DNA from: Chthoniobacteraceae bacterium
Lineage (GTDB): Bacteria > Verrucomicrobiota > Verrucomicrobiia > Chthoniobacterales > Chthoniobacteraceae
Assembly: GCA_031409335.1 (NCBI GenBank)
Contig: JANNWY010000136.1
Span: 1 to 58,239 of the forward strand
Direction: 5' to 3'
DNA: 58,239 nucleotides
The position numbers and the translations under genes were made by a program. Of the stretch, positions 9,882 to 21,200 are shown piece after piece. Numbering within the stretch: position 1 is the first letter of the stretch; every line of letters begins with the position of its first letter. The notes under the pieces were generated by a model, which ran no database searches, was not told the DNA's origin, and worked only from the letters and a program-made list of their open reading frames with translations.

Positions 9882-10550
9882 ATGCCTAAGAAACCAACTC
9901 CAAAAAAACCTGCCGCGGCGAAATCCACGAAGAAAGCCGCGCCGGCTTCGACAAAGAAACCCGCGCCATCGCCAGCGACCGCCGCCAGCCTCGCGAAGGC
10001 CGCGGCTCTCGAAAAGCGCGATGCGGCGAAACCGCCCGCGTCTCCAAAAAAGGCAGCTTCCAACCGGGCGGGCGTTTCCAAGCCCCTGCGGAATCCGGAT
10101 TTTCCGCGGACTTACATCAAGACCATCGCCGTGAGTCTCGATGACCCGGATCACTGGATGACGCTGACCTGGACCGGGCCGGAAGCGTCGAGTCAGCAAA
10201 CCGGGCCGTTTCGGACATCTCCCGGTGCCGGGGCAAAGGGGATCAACTGCGACATCCCCGCCACGAGCCGACGCTCTGGCACGAAATGCACGCCAAAGGG
10301 ATCACTCCCGGTTTCCGGTTTTCAGAGCCGGCTCAATAGCGATTCGCGGGCAACGTTCGTGACCTGGTTCCAGCGCGCCCGCGGCATTGCGCTGCATTAT
10401 TTCCCGAGCGTGCCGGAATACGCCGCCTCACACGGCTGCGTGCGCATCGAGTCGAAGCGGGTCGCGCAACTCGTCCAGGAAAACTCGCGCATCGACCTCA
10501 CGAAAGTCGTCGTGGATGGCACCTGGACGAAGCCGAAGAAGCAGTGGTGA
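9882..10550 (+). CDS. L,D-transpeptidase (YkuD) family protein with Lys/Ala/Pro-rich N-terminus
   Basis: IALHYF...ASHGCVRI catalytic motif; low-complexity basic N-terminus. Confidence 0.75.
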   Translation: MPKKPTPKKPAAAKSTKKAAPASTKKPAPSPATAASLAKAAALEKRDAAKPPASPKKAASNRAGVSKPLRNPDFPRTYIKTIAVSLDDPDHWMTLTWTGPEASSQQTGPFRTSPGAGAKGINCDIPATSRRSGTKCTPKGSLPVSGFQSRLNSDSRATFVTWFQRARGIALHYFPSVPEYAASHGCVRIESKRVAQLVQENSRIDLTKVVVDGTWTKPKKQW

Positions 10551-10697
10551 GGCCACCCGCCGCGCCGCCGGCTTTTTGCCATGCGGCGTTTGTGGAAATG
10601 AAGTTTTCGCGAAAACGGGCTCCTCAGCGACGGGCGCTACTTCCCGAACCGCGCGATCACCGGACTCACACCCCCGCATGATGATGAACGAAAGTAT

Positions 10698-11168
10698 ATG
10701 CAACTGACCGACACACAGAAACAGCAAGTCATCCGATGGATCGCCGAGGGGCAGAAGCTGGCCGACGTGCAGCGCCGCCTCGCCGATGAATTCGATGTCC
10801 GCCTGACTTATATGGAGGCGCGTTTTCTCATCGACGATCTCCAGCTCACGCCGCAGGATCCGCCGGAGCCGGTGAAATCGCCCATCACCGCGGAGACTCC
10901 AGCGCCACCGAGCCCGCTGCTCGCCACTCCCGACGCGCCGGTGGCCGCGACTGGCGGCGTCGCGCTCAAAGTGGACGAGATCATGAAGCCCGGCACCATC
11001 GTCAGCGGCGGCGTCACTTTCAGCGACGGCGGAAAAGCGGCGTGGCACCTCGACCAGACGGGCCGTCTCGGCATGAATCCCGAGCAACCCGGCTATCGCC
11101 CGCCTGAACCAGACATCAAGGCATTCCAGATCGCGCTCGACAAGGAACTCACCCGCCTCGGCATTTAA
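10698..11168 (+). CDS. Hypothetical protein, copy 2 (156 aa) of 9152-9643
   Basis: Near-identical N- and C-terminal regions; linker is 21 nt shorter and diverged. Confidence 0.85.
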   Translation: MQLTDTQKQQVIRWIAEGQKLADVQRRLADEFDVRLTYMEARFLIDDLQLTPQDPPEPVKSPITAETPAPPSPLLATPDAPVAATGGVALKVDEIMKPGTIVSGGVTFSDGGKAAWHLDQTGRLGMNPEQPGYRPPEPDIKAFQIALDKELTRLGI

Positions 11169-11274
11169 CGTTTTGTCCAATCGGTCTCGGACCGATGGGG
11201 AAAGCCGCCCTGCTTCCTCGATGATTTCCGCGAAACTCGTGCGGCCTGCGTGGAGGCGCGAAGCGGGGCGTCGC

Positions 11275-13596
11275 CTACTTCTTCGCCACGCTGGCCTTGT
11301 CCACGCGCAGGATGCCGCCACCGGCAAAAGTGTTCACCAACGGCTCGCCGTCTTTGACTAAATCGAACTGCACGAACAACTGCTTGTGCTGGCCAGTCTG
11401 CGCTTCGGGCGTTGCCTTGAGGCTGAATTTTACATCCTTGTCGTCCTTCGTGATTTCGCGCTCCGCGGCAGTCACGCCCTGCGGCAGGCCGAGCAGAACG
11501 AGCCGCGCCTTTCCCTCGAATGGAATCTTCTGATCGAGCTTCAGCGTCATCGCCGCCTCGTCGCCCTGGTCGATGAAGTTGCGCGTCAGGCCGCCGGTTA
11601 CGAACGGCTCGACGATTTCCAATTCCGCGAGCCCGGTGCTCATCCACACCGCGCCCTTGCCAAAATCCGCGCTGCCCACCACGCAGATTTTCCACTTCCG
11701 CACGGGCGCATCGCCGTTCGCGCTGATCGTGATCGTGCCCTCATCTTTCCCCTCGGGAATTTGCACCGTGCCGGGGCTGCCGATGCCGGGCGGCGCATAG
11801 ATCAGCGCGATCGCGATCGCGCCTTTGAAGTCGCCCTTGCGCTCGACCGTGATTTTCAAATTCATCGAGCCATTGCGCAGGATCGGCACCTTTGGCTGCA
11901 CGAGGTTGATCTTTACTGGAATCTCGTCAGTGACGGCGATGGGAAGTTTGTTCTCCTTCACCGAGTAGAAAGAACGCTGGTTGCCATTTTCAGCGACATC
12001 CAGATCGTTCTCCACCGCGCTGGTCACGACGGTATCCTTTGGTGGTTCGGTGAGCTTTACGTTCAGCGAGCAAAATTTTGCCGTCGATGCCGCGTCGGCT
12101 GCCGCTTCAAAAACCATCGGAATCGTATCCACCGACTTGTCCATCGGTCCCGCGAATGGCTTCACCCCGGCTGGCAGATCGACGGCCTCCACGATCGAAT
12201 CGCCGCCCACGTCCCAACGCTTGATGCGGACCAGCGTCGCGTAGCGGTTTCCTTTTGGCACGACGATCGCGCGGCGCTCTTGATTGGAATTTTGCACCAT
12301 CTCCGGCAGCCACGTCGTGAAGCGCGGCTGCACACGATCGATCTCGACGCGATAGACGAATTCCGCCCCGCCGCGTCCGAGTTTGTCTTCGAGCTTGATC
12401 ACGAATTCGCCGTCCGCCGGGACCTTCCAGCGGATGCCGCTGTCGAGATGCCCGTCGTCATCATTCGCCGCGACTTGCCCGCCCTGCATGTTCCAGATCG
12501 TGAGCACGGAATCAAGCGGCGAGCGCAGTCTGCGCGCGAACACTTTCACATCGAAAGTCTCGTCCTTCTTCGCGGCGATCTTGAAATGATCCACATCGCC
12601 CGCCTTCTCGATGATCCCGTTTAATGCGAGCGGCAGCGCCTTGTCGGTCGCCACCGCGTGGGCGATGTCTTCGTTCGGTTCCGTTTCGAGGACATTTGGA
12701 AAAGTGGACACCCGCAATGCCAGCGGCTGCGGCGCGGGCTGGCCGTCTTCCGGAAAAAAATCGAAACGCCCCGTTGGCTTTGAGGCGAGTTTTACCGAGC
12801 ACTCGCTTGGCCCCGCGGCATCACCGATGAGCCGCACTTTCAAATCCTCATCCGTGTGGCCGCCCGCTGGAAATGCGGCGAGCGGTCGTGGAAAAGTGCC
12901 GATGTTCAAAAGATAATGGCACTCGCCGGGGCCGCTGTTCGTGGCGTCCTTGACGGTAAGCAAATACTTGCCGTCCTCGGGCGCGATGAAACTCGTCGTG
13001 GGATCCTGCCGGGAGAACGCGCAATCATCGATCTCCCGGATGACCGTTCCGTCGGCTTTCGCGATCGTCAGATGCGGATCGTAAATGCTCTGGGTCTGCA
13101 ACCGCGCGCCGATCACCTCCACGCCGAGCCGCTGGCCTTTTTTCAAATCGACTTCAAACACATCCTGATTTTCACCCGGCGTCCGGCCATAAACCGTCGT
13201 CCCGAGCGCGACCGCGAGTCGTTCGTTTGGCTTGTCCTTGTCCCGCACTTTTTCCACGAGCGGAAACGGCGTGACGTAAAATAAGCGCAGGTCGCTCACA
13301 CCCGATGCGGTGACGACGCGGAACCAGTGTTCACCGAGCTTCGCATCCGGCGCGATTCTGACCTTCGCCATGAATTTGCCCGCCTCGGGCGCGGAGACGG
13401 CGGTGCATTCAATGCCGGGCGCACTGAAGAGCAGACCTTTCGCGTCCGCGAGCGCGCCGCCGGAGCACGTGATCTCCGCTTCGGTGCCGCGCTGCCCCGC
13501 CGAAGGATAGACGGATGCAAGCCGCGGCGAGCCAGCGAATGCGCACGCGGCGAAGGCGGCGGTGGCGAAGATTGCAGCGACCGTGGGTCTTTTCAT
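11275..13596 (-). CDS. Exported PPC (pre-peptidase C-terminal) domain protein of the Planctomycete/Verrucomicrobia type
   Basis: Signal peptide, P.AGQRGT, ETEPNE, ARRLRSPLDSVL, GGAEFVYRVEI; lies downstream of the DUF1501 gene. Confidence 0.8.
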   Translation of the reverse strand: MKRPTVAAIFATAAFAACAFAGSPRLASVYPSAGQRGTEAEITCSGGALADAKGLLFSAPGIECTAVSAPEAGKFMAKVRIAPDAKLGEHWFRVVTASGVSDLRLFYVTPFPLVEKVRDKDKPNERLAVALGTTVYGRTPGENQDVFEVDLKKGQRLGVEVIGARLQTQSIYDPHLTIAKADGTVIREIDDCAFSRQDPTTSFIAPEDGKYLLTVKDATNSGPGECHYLLNIGTFPRPLAAFPAGGHTDEDLKVRLIGDAAGPSECSVKLASKPTGRFDFFPEDGQPAPQPLALRVSTFPNVLETEPNEDIAHAVATDKALPLALNGIIEKAGDVDHFKIAAKKDETFDVKVFARRLRSPLDSVLTIWNMQGGQVAANDDDGHLDSGIRWKVPADGEFVIKLEDKLGRGGAEFVYRVEIDRVQPRFTTWLPEMVQNSNQERRAIVVPKGNRYATLVRIKRWDVGGDSIVEAVDLPAGVKPFAGPMDKSVDTIPMVFEAAADAASTAKFCSLNVKLTEPPKDTVVTSAVENDLDVAENGNQRSFYSVKENKLPIAVTDEIPVKINLVQPKVPILRNGSMNLKITVERKGDFKGAIAIALIYAPPGIGSPGTVQIPEGKDEGTITISANGDAPVRKWKICVVGSADFGKGAVWMSTGLAELEIVEPFVTGGLTRNFIDQGDEAAMTLKLDQKIPFEGKARLVLLGLPQGVTAAEREITKDDKDVKFSLKATPEAQTGQHKQLFVQFDLVKDGEPLVNTFAGGGILRVDKASVAKK

Positions 13597-13626
13597 CTGG
13601 CGGAGAAGGCGCGCCTGGCGCACCGG

Positions 13627-14952
13627 CTAGGCGAGGAGTTCCGGCACCACCACACCGCCGCGCACGATGTCGATCGGGCGATTGCCCGAGGCCATGAGCC
13701 GCTTGTCGGAGTTGATGCCGAGGCAGCGGTAAACCGTCGCCGCCATGTTCTCGACCGTGAGCGGGTCGTTGTCTGGCTCGCCGCCCGTGGGATCGGATGA
13801 TCCATGGACGTAGCCCTTCTTAAATCCGCCGCCGGCAAACGCGACGGAGAAGACGCGCGGCCAATGGTCGCGTCCTGCGTCCTTGTTGATCTTCGGCGTC
13901 CGTCCGAATTCTGAGCTGACCATCACGAGCGTTTTGTCGAGCATCCCGCGACGATCGAGATCGCGGATCAGCGCGGCAAATGCCTGATCGAATCGTGGCA
14001 ACTGCCCGTTCATCGCATTCGCGATGTTCGAGTGGTGATCCCATCCGCCAAACGTCAGCGACACCAGCCGCACTCCGCCTTCCACCAAGCGGCGCGCCAT
14101 CAGCATCCGCTGGCCGGCTTCATTCTCGCCGTATTCCTTTTTGATCGCCTCGGGCTCCGCCGCGAGGTTGAAGGCTTCGCGCGCTCCACTCGACGAAACC
14201 AGCGAGTATGCCGCCTGGTAAAAGCTGTCCATCGCCGTCAGCGCGTCGCTTTTCTCCAGCGTGCGGAAATGCTCATCCACCGTGGAAAGGATGGTGCGAC
14301 GCCGTTCAAACCGCTCCGGCGTGATGCCCTCGCGCATGTTCAGATCGCGCACTTTGAATCCCTTGTTGGCCGGATCGGAGCCGAGGCTGAACGGCCCAAA
14401 CGCGGTCGAAAGGTAGCCGGTGCCCGCGAATTCATTCGGCACATTCGGCACGCAGACGTACGGCGGCAGATTGTTCCGCGAGCCGAGTTCATGCGCGACC
14501 ACTGAGCCCAGCGAAGGATACTGGATCGCTGGCGACGGACGGTAGCCGGTGAACATATTGTGCGTCCCACGCTCATGCGCTGCTTCGCCGTGCGTCATCC
14601 CGCGCACGATCGTCAGCTTGTCCGCGATCTGTGCGGTCTGCGCGAGATTTTGGGAAAATTTGATGCCTGGAATCTTCGTGTCCACCGTTCCGAGCGGGCC
14701 GCGATATTCGATCGGCGCGAGCGGCTTCGGATCCCACGATTCCTGATGCGCCATGCCGCCCGGCAGGAAGATATGGATCAACGACTGAGCGGTCGGCTGA
14801 AACGTATCGGTTTCCAGCGCGCGCAGCTTCATCATATCCCCGAGCGAAAGCCCAAGCGCGCCGACGAGTCCGGTGAAAAGAAACTCACGGCGCGAGGCCT
14901 TGCCGAAGTGCGCGGGGTCGTCGAACCAGGTTACAGGTTTGGTATCGCTCAT
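13627..14952 (-). CDS. DUF1501 domain protein
   Basis: SRREFL Tat-like leader, IFLPGGMAHQESWDPKP, ARRLVEGGV, GWDHH, SEFGRTPKIN...GRDHWP. Confidence 0.9.
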   Translation of the reverse strand: MSDTKPVTWFDDPAHFGKASRREFLFTGLVGALGLSLGDMMKLRALETDTFQPTAQSLIHIFLPGGMAHQESWDPKPLAPIEYRGPLGTVDTKIPGIKFSQNLAQTAQIADKLTIVRGMTHGEAAHERGTHNMFTGYRPSPAIQYPSLGSVVAHELGSRNNLPPYVCVPNVPNEFAGTGYLSTAFGPFSLGSDPANKGFKVRDLNMREGITPERFERRRTILSTVDEHFRTLEKSDALTAMDSFYQAAYSLVSSSGAREAFNLAAEPEAIKKEYGENEAGQRMLMARRLVEGGVRLVSLTFGGWDHHSNIANAMNGQLPRFDQAFAALIRDLDRRGMLDKTLVMVSSEFGRTPKINKDAGRDHWPRVFSVAFAGGGFKKGYVHGSSDPTGGEPDNDPLTVENMAATVYRCLGINSDKRLMASGNRPIDIVRGGVVVPELLA

Positions 14953-15088
14953 AGGTCTTGGATTTTGGATGGAAATGAAAGCGGCGTAGGACGTTTTGTG
15001 ATGGCCACCTCGCGCACTAGCACAAGTCGGCCTTGTCTGCTTTGTGAAAACTCAGGATCGCCCTGCGCCTTAGTAAAATTATCGTTCT

Positions 15089-15487
15089 TCAATCCCGCCC
15101 GGATTTCTTTGCAGCCCGGTCCAGTGTGGACTGGCTTTCCCGCGCCAGAGTTTCGGGCCAGTTTGGATCCTTGAAGTATTCGCGGTTTGCCTTCAGGTAG
15201 GCCTTATACCGCGCGATAAATTCGCGATGCAGCGGGGAATCGGCGACGGCAAGTTGTGGATAAGATTTTACGGCCCGCTCCTGCGCCGCTCGCGGGACGT
15301 TCGTGTGCGACCCACGCAGATATCTCCAACAAGCGAATCCCACGCACGCCAGCGCGACGAGCAGGGCTGCAGGGTCAAGGGTGGTGTAGATCGACTGGGG
15401 CGGCGGTGGCCCGTCCAGGTCACGCAGCAGTGCCAAAACGATCAATCCCAGAAAACCGGAATATCCTTTGCCCCGGGCATAGTTCAC
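15089..15487 (-). CDS. Small hypothetical membrane protein, possibly 5'-truncated
   Basis: Two hydrophobic segments. The frame extends upstream (GLFLWGCVNYARGKG) but hits a TAG before any ATG. Confidence 0.4.
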   Translation of the reverse strand: MNYARGKGYSGFLGLIVLALLRDLDGPPPPQSIYTTLDPAALLVALACVGFACWRYLRGSHTNVPRAAQERAVKSYPQLAVADSPLHREFIARYKAYLKANREYFKDPNWPETLARESQSTLDRAAKKSGRD

Positions 15488-15709
15488 GCAGCCCCAGAGA
15501 AACAGGCCGCAAGCCAGAACGGAAATGCGGGACTATGCACCTCACAGAATATGCCGCGTCACCGCAGTTTTGTAGGATAAACACTTACAAACTATTGCGC
15601 GATTTTTCGTTTCACGCCGAATTGAAAACACGAGTACATTGCGGCTCGTTGAACGGACAACCCCACTCCGCTCGCCGCACACGAATTGCTTACTGGAAGC
15701 AACAAAACC

Positions 15710-16153
15710 ATGAACACCGATACATTACCAGCCAGCCTTGCACGTAAATCGCATGTCTTTGAAGACCTTGCTTCCGTCGAGGCCGCGCTGCGAAAAATCA
15801 TGCCAGCCAACATTGAGGAGCAGCTGCTTGCGCAAATTCCTCAGTGGTTTTTAGTGACAGGATTGTTTAAGGATTTGGAGGTGGCTTATACACTGCTGGA
15901 AAATAGAGCCACTATCGAACCGAAATACCGAGCAGTTTTGACTGCGATTCTTTCACTTGGAGAAAATATATCCGCAGGCTTAAAGGATCGGCCCGAACTT
16001 GATATAAAAACGATCGGATATTGCCCTAAGGTCGTGGATTCAAACCTGCGGTATCTGCGCGGAAAATATCGTCAGTGGTTTTTCCCACGTAGCGGGGCAA
16101 TGATGGAAGAGATTGTGGCAGATTCCCCTCGTGAAACGGCGTCAAGTATTTGA
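15710..16153 (+). CDS. Hypothetical protein (lower GC)
   Basis: 147-aa ORF, AT-richer than its flanks; overlaps the next ORF. Confidence 0.6.
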   Translation: MNTDTLPASLARKSHVFEDLASVEAALRKIMPANIEEQLLAQIPQWFLVTGLFKDLEVAYTLLENRATIEPKYRAVLTAILSLGENISAGLKDRPELDIKTIGYCPKVVDSNLRYLRGKYRQWFFPRSGAMMEEIVADSPRETASSI

Positions 16154-16337
16154 GCGGCTACTCGCGCTTCAATACCGGCTCGATACTACGCCACCGGAAG
16201 AAAGCCCTCAAATCTTTGAGGACTTCGATGAAACGATGGATGAGTTTCTGTCCCTCACGGGCTGCACTTCGGATCAAGTTCAGGACGCTTTGAATAATCA
16301 CTACGAGGACTACGTTCGCAGGCAAGAGGGGCGCTGA
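16131..16337 (+). CDS. Small acidic hypothetical protein
   Basis: GTG start inside the end of the previous ORF; 68 aa, helical and acidic. Confidence 0.5.
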   Translation: MKRRQVFERLLALQYRLDTTPPEESPQIFEDFDETMDEFLSLTGCTSDQVQDALNNHYEDYVRRQEGR

Positions 16338-16641
16338 ACGCTGCTTCTTCGGCTTCTTCGGCGTAGCCCCGAGCTTGGCGGCGCCCTTGCCCAGTTCCTC
16401 TTTCGAGATCGGCCCGAAGTCTTCCGACTTCAACTCGGAGACGGATATTCCGCCGCGCTTTTCAGCAAATGGGTTGGTGATTTCGCAAAGTGACAATCCG
16501 CAGCACCGACTCGCGTTGTCCACGTTGTCAATCGCCCTACGCCATCATGTGAAAATAGGCGACGGAATCGCTTGCCCAATACGCGAGCCAGTCCATAGTC
16601 GCCGTCCACCCGCAGCGCATTCGCCGCGGTGGAAACAATGT

Positions 16642-18110
<1,469 letters not shown>

Positions 18111-18210
18111 CGCGATGGGAGTTGGTTGGGCGGCCTCGGAAACGCTTCCGAAGGTGGACTAATAACTCCGCTCCCACAAGCCGCGATTGCGCGGCTTTCG
18201 CATGAAAATG

Positions 18211-21200
18211 TCAGCTTTCTTCCCGCTCGCGTCGCGCTTTCCGGCGTCCGAAGAAACCGAGCGCGCCGATGGCAAGCAACCCGAGAGCCCCCGGTTCAGG
18301 AACGGCCTGCACACCGTTTCCGGCGAGACCGCCGTCATCGAACAACGCAGGCGCAGGCGGCGGTGGCACACCGAGCACGACGACCGCCCCGTTCGCGATG
18401 TTCAAGCCGCCACCGATCGTCTGGCTGGCGTCAAACTGCACCGTGCCGCCTAGCACATCCACGGTGCTGCCGATCGTATTGCTGGCGACGATTTCCAGCG
18501 TGCCCGCGCCGGTCTTATCGAACCCGCCAGCGCCACTGATGATCCCGCTGACGACGAGCCCGTTTCCGTTCGTATCGAACGTCACGTCGCCATTCGTCCC
18601 GGTCAGTTCCGTGGGTTCGGTGATGACCGTAGTCACCCCGGCCCGGACTGTGCCGCCGCCGAGATTGATGTCATTCGGCAGTCCCGCATTTTGCGCCCAG
18701 ATGCCCTCGGACCCCAGCACGAGCGTGCCGCCCGTCAGTTCGAAAATACCGGACTGCGCGCCATTGTGACCAAAGCGCAAGCCCTTCACAGTCGCCGTGC
18801 CGCCGCTCAGATTGAAGGCACCCGAACCGTCCCATGAGATCGCCATGGAGATGTTCGGCGAGTTCAGCGTCCCCGCGGAGAGATTGTAGATGCCCGCGCC
18901 GGTCCCCCAATGGCCGAGGACGAAATTGCGGCCATCGGCGTTCCCGGGCGCGTCCGCGTTCTGCGCGTTCACATCGACGGTGCCGCCGGTCTGAGTGATG
19001 ACGCCCAGAGCAGTCGCCCCGCCGCCAAGGGTATTCCCGACCACAAAGGAATCCTGCACAAGGAGCGACCTGCCGGGGCCGATGTTCAAGATACCGCCAA
19101 GCGTGTTGTCCTGGCCGTTCACCCCGAATTGCAGCGAACTCACCTTCACATCCACTCCCGCACCCAGCGTCACCTCCCCGCCTGCAACCATGATCAGCGT
19201 CCCCGCGGGCGCGCCAGGATTGATCGGGACGGACAAAGTTGTGCTATCGGTCCGCGCGAAAACGAGTGTCGCATTGACCGTCCCGACTCCGCTGCCCAGC
19301 GTCCCCGTCGTGTCGCCATTTCCGATTTGAAGCACGCCAGCGTTCACGTTGAAACCGCCCGTCCACGCATTGTTGCCGCGGAGGATCAGCCGGCCCGGGC
19401 CTTCCTTGTTCAAAAAGAATGGGCCGCCAGTTTCCACGATGTTTCCGTTGTGAACCAGGACGGTGTTTCCGCCGTTCACGGTGTAGCTCATGTTTGCCAG
19501 CAGTGAAATCGGCGCATCGACCGTGGTCTGGCCGTTGCTCCCGAGTTCGACGATTCCTCCTCCGTTCGCCACGATCTGCCGCGTCAGCGTGCCGGGTTTG
19601 TTCACCCACAAGCCCAGCGACCCACCCGAATTCAGCGTGATGGTGCCACCGACCAGCGCCTGCGACTGATCCTCGATGCTGAAGATCCCGCTGTTGATGT
19701 CGATGTCACCCGCCGTGACATTCACGTTCACCATGCTCACTTGATTCCCGCCGACTTTCGTCAGCTTGTGCCCGGCGAGATTGAGGAGTTCTCCGGCGAT
19801 CCCCGTCGTGCGAATATCCCAGCGTCCCGTCCCGCCCACGCTCGCATCCGCGGTCAGCGTCACCTTGTGCAGATTGAAAACCGTGCCCCCGCCATTGTTG
19901 ACGATCGCGCCAATTCCACCGGTGCCGTTCCCGGAGATGAAGACCTGCTCCGCGCCGAGATCGAGGGCATTTACGTCGAGCGTGCCGCCATCGGTGATCA
20001 CCGTATTCCCCGCAGCCGTCCCGAGCGCCTGCGCGCCGAGCGCGCGGAGCGTGCCGCTGGAAATGGTGGTGAGTCCATCAAATGCGGACTGGTTATTCAC
20101 CCCGATCACCTGCGCAGGATCACCGCCGATATTGAGTTCCGGCGTTCCCGTGAGCACTCCAGCGTTCAGGGTAAAGCTGTTCACGCCAATCGTGCGAACC
20201 ACTCCGGTGCCATTCGTCGGCGTCGCGTAGCCGCTAGCCGGGGCGAGGTTCAATTCCAGCTTGCCCGCAGTGGCCACGGTCACGGTGGTATCGCTGCCGA
20301 GCGAGCCGCTCGCGCCATCGCCGACTTGCAATGTGCCCGTCTGCACCAAGGTGGCTCCGGTATAGTCGTTGGCAGTGGTGTTCGCGACGATCACGCGATT
20401 TGCCGCTCCCGCTTGCACTGTGACGCCGGTGTCTCCCGAAATCTTGCCGACGCCAGTCAGGGTGTAGGGCTTCGTGAGATTGTTGAAAAGCGCGCTGCTC
20501 GGCGTGAAGGCCGCCGTCAGGTTCACCATGCCCGTGCCCACCGCGTCGTCGTTGAAGAGCACAGCATCAAGGTTCTGATAACTGGTCGGCCCGCCGGCGA
20601 TTCCCAGCACCCAGTTCGGCGTCCCGCCATCCCAAAGATCATCTACGTTTCCATTCCACTTTGGAAAGTCGATCGCGGAGATGGTCAAGTCGATCGTGGT
20701 GTTCGTCGGATTGTCCACCAAGCCGCCGATTGCACGGCTCGACAATCCGGTGAGTAGAAAATTCGCCACGCTGCCGCCGCCAATGCTTCCCGAGTAGTCG
20801 ATCAGCGGATAAGTGCCGATAGTCAGGTTCACCGGGGTCACTTGGATGGTATTGGTGGTTCCCGACACGTTGAGAGTGGGAGCGATGAATTTCGTATTCG
20901 CCGTGCCGGCGGATACTTTCAGGGTCGCGCCGAAGAGATTGAGAGTGCCCGCGGTGAAATTACCCACACCGCCGAAGCCTGCTTCGAGCGTGCTGCCGCC
21001 ATTGGCGAAAACAAATCCCAGCGACCCGGACGCCCCAAGCGTCGCACCCGAGCTGACCGAGGGATTTAAGCTACCGCTCACATTCGCGAGCCGGAGGGTG
21101 CCACTATTCACACTCAGCGAACCATTGCCGCTCACCGCCCCGGGGACTGTCAGTGCATCGGTTCGATTGTAGGCCAGGCTGCCCGGAGAAGTGATCACCA

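Noticed and set aside
16158..16523. Minus-strand 121-aa ORF with a Lys-rich segment
   Set aside because: Overlaps the plus-strand small ORF and has no recognisable motif. It may be a gene remnant, but I cannot support a call.
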